Below, piece after piece: positions 57,557 through 64,000 of a stretch of DNA of 64,000 nt; within the stretch, counting starts at the first letter, position 1; each line of letters opens with the position of its first letter. The position numbers were made by a program, and so were the translations under genes. This DNA is from Dicyema japonicum (taxonomy: Eukaryota > Animalia > Dicyemida): the NCBI GenBank assembly GCA_011109175.1, contig RDEW01000001.1, positions 2,173,485-2,237,484 of the forward strand, given 5' to 3'. A model generated the notes under the pieces. The model was not told the origin of the DNA. It saw only the letters and a list, made by a program, of their open reading frames with translations, and searched no databases.

Positions 57557-59692
57557 ATGGACAACGCAAATACACTTTTTATTAGAGGTCTACCATATTC
57601 AGTGACAAATGAACGGTTAACAGAAATATTCAGCAAATATGGGGACATGTCCTCATGTTTCGTGGTTCTAAATAAATGTAATTGCCAATAACGTTATCAG
57701 ATACCAAACAATCGAAGGGAATTGGTTACGTCAAATACTGCAGTCGTAAAGAGTGTGATGACGCGATGAAGCATGTGCTAGAGATTGACGGAAGAAAAGT
57801 CACCATTTCTCCTGCTGGAAGTCAATCAGACTTAAATTCCCTTCGAGTTCCTCCGCAACTTGCCAGGAAATGCCTGATAGTAACGGGAATCGACGACTTG
57901 GAGATCTTTGAGGAGGGCAAAGTGATCTTCAACAATGGTACTTGTGCCCTTGTCTCCTTCAAGGACAGGTCATCCGCGATACAGAATATGTCACGTGTAA
58001 CTGGGGGTACGCAGGAATATTATTGATAGACGGAATGAAGGCTAACTTATACTCTAAATACAGATTGTACAGCAACTTAAAGTCTCTGAAGAGTTTCAGG
58101 CTTATAATCCATAATCTGCCGTTTTCAGCCACTGTAAAGGACCTCCAGAAAGTGTTTAGATCATGCGGGGATATTGTGAAGATTGAAATTCCGCAGAATG
58201 GTATCATGGAGTTTTTACTTTAAGGGACCACATCTGCTGGGTTTGGTTTTGTGCAGTTCACGGACCCCAATGAGGCTGAACTTGCTATCGAAAGACTAAA
58301 TGGTAAAAAAATAATGGGTACTTATTAACGTGACCGTTTTCAGGGAGGGTTGTGGCTGTTGATTATTCAGTGCCTCAAGATAAATACAAGAACATTAATA
58401 ATTCGTTGTCCGAAGAGAATTCTGTCTGTTGCGTGGAGGAATCAGTCCCTAAAGTGTATAAGTCGGACACGGACGAAGAAAGGACTGTGTTTCTGAGGTC
58501 TGTGATGTTGTTTATTGCAGAAACTTGGGATTTGACGTGAATGAGGAAAAGTTGAGAGAGGTATTAGTCGAGTATGTGGGGGACGTGGTGTTCGTGCGAT
58601 GTGTCGTAAAGGATGGGGCATCCCGAGGGACTGCCTTCGTCAAATTTAGGCGGAAAGAGACTGCTGAAAAGTGTTTGGAGTTGGCAAAGGTCAGTACCCA
58701 TGTAATTCTACAGTCTGGACAGTTGTCGTTCGAGGAACGTGTTCTTTTCGCAGATTTGGCTGTTAACAGAGACAAAATAGAAGGTTTTGGCAAGAAATCT
58801 ATGGAGACTGAGAGACTGGATAAGAGGAATCTGTTTTTAGTGAGGGAAGGAAGTTAGTTTTGAGTTAACTGTCAGTGATCAGACTGGGGACCAAAACGGC
58901 TGAAAGTGTTCCTGATGGGGATATGAAGAAGCGACAAAAAGTAGTCTTTCCCTTCCATTTTAGCTGGAAGTTACACGGAGGGTGAAATTAAAGGATGACA
59001 AACACTTTGTGTCCCCTACGAGGCTGACCTTTCACAATTTGGAGGTCGTATAACCAGTAAAAAGTTGAGGTCCTCCATTTTGGAGAACGTCAAGGACTGT
59101 ATGAAATCCCAGTTGACAGAGGTATTTGTCAATATTAGTTAAGTGTCGTGTTATCATGAATAAGGAGGATGAGAGGTCAATGGGGTATGCTTTCGTGGAA
59201 TTCCGTGAACATTCTTTTGCGTTTTCCGCTCTCCGTTTCTTCAACAACAACAAGACTGTTTTCGACGGAAGAGTTGTTCCATTTGTCTATTTTAGAGACC
59301 CATCGTACAGTTCGCTGTGGAGAACAGGAACGCTTTGTTGGCGAAGGAAAGGCAGAGAGCAAAGACAAAGGGAGAGCAGTTGGACGATAAACAGCTTTTG
59401 CAGAGATTAAAGGAGAAGATAACCCTGGCAAGCATTCCAGCTAAGCAGTTAATACCTGTGAATAACGGTTGGTCCTCGAAATGATTTTAGATAAGTTTGT
59501 GACTGGTCTTCCACGGAATATCGGGCCAAAGAAACGTCGACATAGTTACAGAGACAGAAAACAAATGAGAAGGAAAACTATTAGGAAATTAGCTATTAAA
59601 ACTAATTCCAGAAAAACGGTTACATGGGTTTTTATTTATAGATTAAACGGAAATTATCGTCTAATCGTGATAAAATGTGTAAAATTGATTAA
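57557..59692 (+). CDS. RBM28: RNA-binding protein 28 (Nop4), four RRMs, multi-exon
   Basis: TLFIRGLPYS...SKGIGYVKY; RLIIHNLPFS...GFGFVQF; TVFLRNLGFD...SRGTAFVKF...DKRNLFLVREG; FVSPTRL...SMGYAFVEF..H..A..ALRFFNNN...RPIVQFAVEN; 23-26 nt introns. Confidence 0.9.
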
Positions 59693-60029
59693 ATACCTAT
59701 ATTTTTGAATATATTAAACACTCTGCTCTATTTTTCTTTTGTTGTTACTAAAAAATACAAATGCCGACATATCCAGTTTCAGCGGTGGAGTGGGACGCAT
59801 CCTGCCTAGGCATCACGTTCATTTATATCAGCCATTGTGGGAACCTTTTCAATGGCAAAGAATTAGGATTATATGAAGACAGAGCTTAGACTAGGTAGGT
59901 ATCATTATGGGAATCGAACTATCTAATCGCAGCAGCACTTAACGGATATATTTTGATTAGATGTTAATTACTTATAATTTCTGGTATATCTTTTTGAATA
60001 AACAACTATATTGAATGTAATGAGGACTA

Positions 60030-60815
60030 TGTGGAAACAAGTCGCATCTTTTAAAACTCAGACAAAATTGAACACTCTCCACGATTGGATTGTTGGCAAT
60101 TGACTTACGATTTCTGCAACCAAGTCCATCTGTTCCACTTTCACTTCGGACCGTCGTTCCAAGGATGAACCGAGTATCTTTATTGGTCCCACTCGGATTC
60201 CAGTGACAAAGTCCCCCATTGTCCTTGGAGTCAAGTACGACAGTCTACTCAATTTCAACTCCCACGCAACAGACATGATTACCACGGGCCTCCAGAAAGT
60301 TAACGTTTTACGCGCCCTTGTCAGGAGGACCACGAGGAACATGGATTTTTCCATTTCTACCCTCTACCAACAAACAATCGCGCCTGCTGTTGAGTATGCC
60401 TCCGTTGCATGGAGATTCGCGCTATCGGAGTCTATGGTCCAAAGAATCAACTCGATACACCAGAAAACAATCAGTATGCTTTGCCCACGTAATGGATCAA
60501 CAGTCGACCCACTACTCATGGAAGCTAAGATCCGTAGTCGTGGCTCCGGATTTCTTCGCGTCTGTGAGGAAGATGGAAATCCGCTTCGCCTGATCCTTTC
60601 CACGGCAAGAGAAAACCGATTAGATAAGAAATTCCCCTCCCCGATCGGATTCCTCTGTAAGACCGAGAGAAGGCTCTTCCGGAAAGTAGTGGGAAAGTAG
60701 AAGATCACAGACGTCGAATGGCACAATTGATTGCGAGGACTGGGATCACCTAACTGTTTGACTCTTTTGTCTTTCTTTCTCGGTGTTCCCGGGGTTATTA
60801 AAATAAAATAAATTA
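60030..60815 (+). mobile_element. Family A LINE 3' fragment, close relative of 1-760
   Basis: High nucleotide similarity to 1-760, including the terminal stem-loop and tail. Confidence 0.9.
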
Positions 60816-61199
60816 ATTAAAGCTATCAGTCTCTAGTATTCCAGAAAAATTAATTTTCTAGTCGACAATGAGAAATGAACTATAAAGTTTTGTACAGCGC
60901 AATAAACAACGTGGTGTCCACAATGAGTAATGCGGGAACCATAACAGAAGTGATCATTACATTTCAAGAGTGATGAAGACAGTAGAGACCTTAGAAATAA
61001 CTCACCAAAGTTTATGTGATTTCTGAATAAATAAAAAGCACCGTAACCAAAATCTGCAAAGAGTACAAGACAGTAGGGTGAGATGTAACATTCAGTCTTA
61101 AAAACGAATAGCGTTAGTAAAAAATCGAGTCTACAATTATTCTTCGGCTCTCAAAAGTTAGAGTAGATTGAGGTCTCATAAAATCAATCGAGTAATCCC

Positions 61200-61760
61200 T
61201 CTTGAAATGTGAATGATATTTGAGATACTGGAACACGTGGGCTGCAACCCGGTTTATCTTCTTTCAATTTATAGAGTGTTGTCGTATAATCCACTTATCT
61301 CAAGTGGCGCCAAGTGCCAGGGTGACACAATTAGGATCATTTTTTCTCTCTTATCAGAGTGGATTCAGCAGCTGCAAGGATTGATTGTTTTCTTACATTT
61401 CCGATGGTTTTGATTGGACCTCTTGGAAGATTTCTTTTATTATTACCGACAACATAAAGTCATATTAACCATCTGCTTGTCATAAAATTTTATTAAATTT
61501 ACTCGTCGCCATCATTTTTGCTAAATTACGTCGTTAATGTATAACCCTTTACTATACGACTACTTGGCTGAAAACCCTTGTATTCTTTCTTCTCCTGAGC
61601 GACATCAGAAGCGCAACTAAAGGAATTGTAGTGTACAAAGTAACGGACATAGGCGACATCAGAAGCGCAACTAAAAAAATTATCGGATGCATGCAGGATC
61701 CATGTTCGAATCTTGTCCAACCCGGAGTCGAAAGCTTCACTTATTGATACATTTTAGGCA
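61200..61760 (-). mobile_element. Mariner-like transposase relic with a short internal tandem duplication
   Basis: DKIRTWILH...CAS...KGF..SRIV...GDE resembles mariner WVPHEL...RIVTGDEKW; TTTAGTTGCGCTTCTGATGTCGC occurs twice (about 61597-61622 and 61652-61677). Confidence 0.45.
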
Positions 61761-61969
61761 TGTTGCTAATAGTAATGATTAGAGCAACCAAAAATTGCAA
61801 TTTTTAAAATAAAAATTTCAAACATTTTTTTAATTGCAAAAATTGCATTAATGGAAAATAAAAGAAATTATTTCTTTTTTTAATTTCAAAAAATTGTTCC
61901 TCTTTCCTGAAGGAAATTAGCCCATCGTAAGAAAAACGTGCGGGAAGCGGTTTGGCTGAGGCAACGAAT

Positions 61970-62370
61970 TATTTATTTAATAACCCCGAGAAGGGAGCAC
62001 CAAGAAAGAAGGAATAAACCACTAATTAAGTGATCCTGGTAAACCTCAAAAGGATCGAGAAGTTTTTCTTATGTTCCTCCAGAGTACCCACGGCTTTCCT
62101 GTATCAACGACGATCATTTTTCATTTAGATTTGATGAGGGGTGGGTTTCTTCCCACTTACGTGTATTTGAGGCTTCTAATCTTGAATGGAAGAAACGACT
62201 TGTTTCGTGACCACACAGACTGATGAAGCCGGAGCCGTAGTTTCCGATTGAGACGTGGTCAAGCATCGGGGGGAAAGATCGGCAGGAAGATTTGTTAGAC
62301 GTACCAATTTGGCTGTTAGGGAATTGATCTTGTACAAGGAAACAAATTGGGATTGCAGTTGTCCGCGGAA
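61970..62370 (-). mobile_element. Family A LINE 3' fragment
   Basis: Closely similar to 9950-10310, including the tail. Confidence 0.85.
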
Positions 62371-64000
62371 ACGCTTACTCTGTAATGTCAGCCGCCTTTC
62401 CCCGTTATTGTAAATAAATAATATTTTATTGTTAAATAAAACGTGTTTGATTTAAAAAATTATTTATTGTAATACAAAATTAAATATCCCTGAAGGTTTG
62501 ATGTTTCGATCTTTGGTAAGAATTTTCGTCAAGAGATATCGCCCTTTTAGCTGAGACTAAGTATCCGTAACGAAGTGGATCGAGAATGAGTTCCCTTGGA
62601 GTATGGCAAAATTTTAAAATTATTATTAAAATTTTTTAGTTGAAAAATAATTGCAAAAAATTGCAAATTTTCGAAAAAAATATAACTAAAATTAATTATT
62701 CACTACTTTATTATTTATCGAACTTTTATCAAATTATATTTAATTGTGACTTATTCCGATTGGATGCCCTAGTAATTATTATATTCAGAAAGATTAAGTT
62801 CCACAAGGACATATGCTAGGACCAGTTCTATTGGTTAATTGACTGGAAGGTTGAACATGCAAAACAGATCTCAATTAATCCTGATCAATGTAACCTCTCG
62901 TGTAAATAAATAACTACCTAAAACACATCGGATACTTGATGTTTTTGAAAAATACAAAGGCTAACATTCATTACTCAAATCCACGTCTCAAAAACGAAGG
63001 AACTCAGAAAAATGAGGATAAAAGAATCCTCCCATGAGTATATTATTGGTGCATATTTTAAACAAAGCACCCAAAACAGATCATAGAATACCCGAATGAT
63101 TACATTGATAATGTTTATTGCTAAGGAAAACTGAGATGATTGCTTACGTTTGTTGAATAATTCGGGATAAGAGAAAAAATGTGGATTTATGTTAATATAA
63201 GTTTACAAGAACAGGTATTGAAGAATACTATAAAAGTCGTTAAAATACCCATAGGCAACTCCGAGTTTTCATCACACAGCTTTTCGTTATTGTCAATATT
63301 TGATTCAAACGAGTCGCATGGAGTATCGACTAGAATATTGATTCACCAAGAACATGTAATCATCAAAGGATATAATTTTAAATTCGACATCAATAACTAA
63401 TACAAGAAAATAACAAAACTTGATTTAGTATATCACATGGGTTTCAGGTCAGAAAGCTCCAACGTGTCTAATGAGAACTCAGTCACAAGATGAAAGCCAA
63501 TTAGATTCTTCGGCCACTCTTAGATTGAAACAATTTAAATTTCACGCCACGTGTTTAACTATTATTAGTAAATTATAGTGATTGACTGTCTTGAGGTTTT
63601 CATGTTCTGGAAGGAACCCACGTGACATATTAAAGCCTGTAAATTAAATTAAACTCAAAGCAAAGTCATTATAAAAGGCAAGTTTTGTTAAGTGTTCTAT
63701 GAAAGAAGACTCGATACAAGTGCTGGAGGTATGTGCACATCAAAGACATCCCAATTTATGGGTCATTAAGCTAATCTTGTAAAACTAAGTGTTGGCTAAT
63801 ATATACTCAGCACTCGTTGTTTAGTAATATGAATAGAATGTCCCCCTCAGATAAAGTCTCCATGTTTTATATTTGTAGTGGTTTGCCATTGTGGACGCTT
63901 TGAAGGAAAATATTAGGCCTGGAGACCTTAGATATCGATGGTGGAAGCACAGAAACTGTTTTAGAGCTAACGAAGCTGTAAGTTGTGCTCTGAAATTCCT

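Noticed and set aside
59761-59813. GC-rich island with palindrome TGCCTAGGCA and a possible three-way junction downstream of RBM28
   Set aside because: Single copy, no hammerhead (CUGANGA/GAAA) or other recognisable core, and no covariation evidence.

Overview
This is AT-rich eukaryotic DNA, most likely metazoan. Host genes are broken by extremely short spliceosomal introns (about 21-30 nt, mostly 22-25 nt). That size range is reported for dicyemid mesozoans; this assignment is an inference, and other micro-intron parasites are not excluded. Host genes I could reconstruct by hand are GTF3C5, RALBP1, a GH18 chitinase with two CBM14 domains and a GPI-like tail, MECR, MED6, a TFIIS-M+SPOC (PHF3/DIDO-like) gene, MRPS14 and RBM28, plus a decayed LRR-ROC-COR (Roco) pseudogene. 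Roughly half of the window is transposon-derived: an abundant Ingi/Vingi-like LINE family, RTE-like LINEs (one intact 3.0-kb copy with a perfect 12-bp TSD), CRE-like and R4-like RLE retroelements, and hAT, Tigger/pogo, mariner and Chapaev-like relics. The most notable system is the Ingi/Vingi-like family. It carries a 5' HDV-like double pseudoknot supported by compensatory base changes between two copies, a 2A (GDVEQNPGP) StopGo peptide before the endonuclease, and a covarying 3' stem-loop. It has also produced a non-coding RIME-like SINE made of just the 5' pseudoknot and the 3' tail. Transposon boundaries are approximate unless a TSD is quoted.
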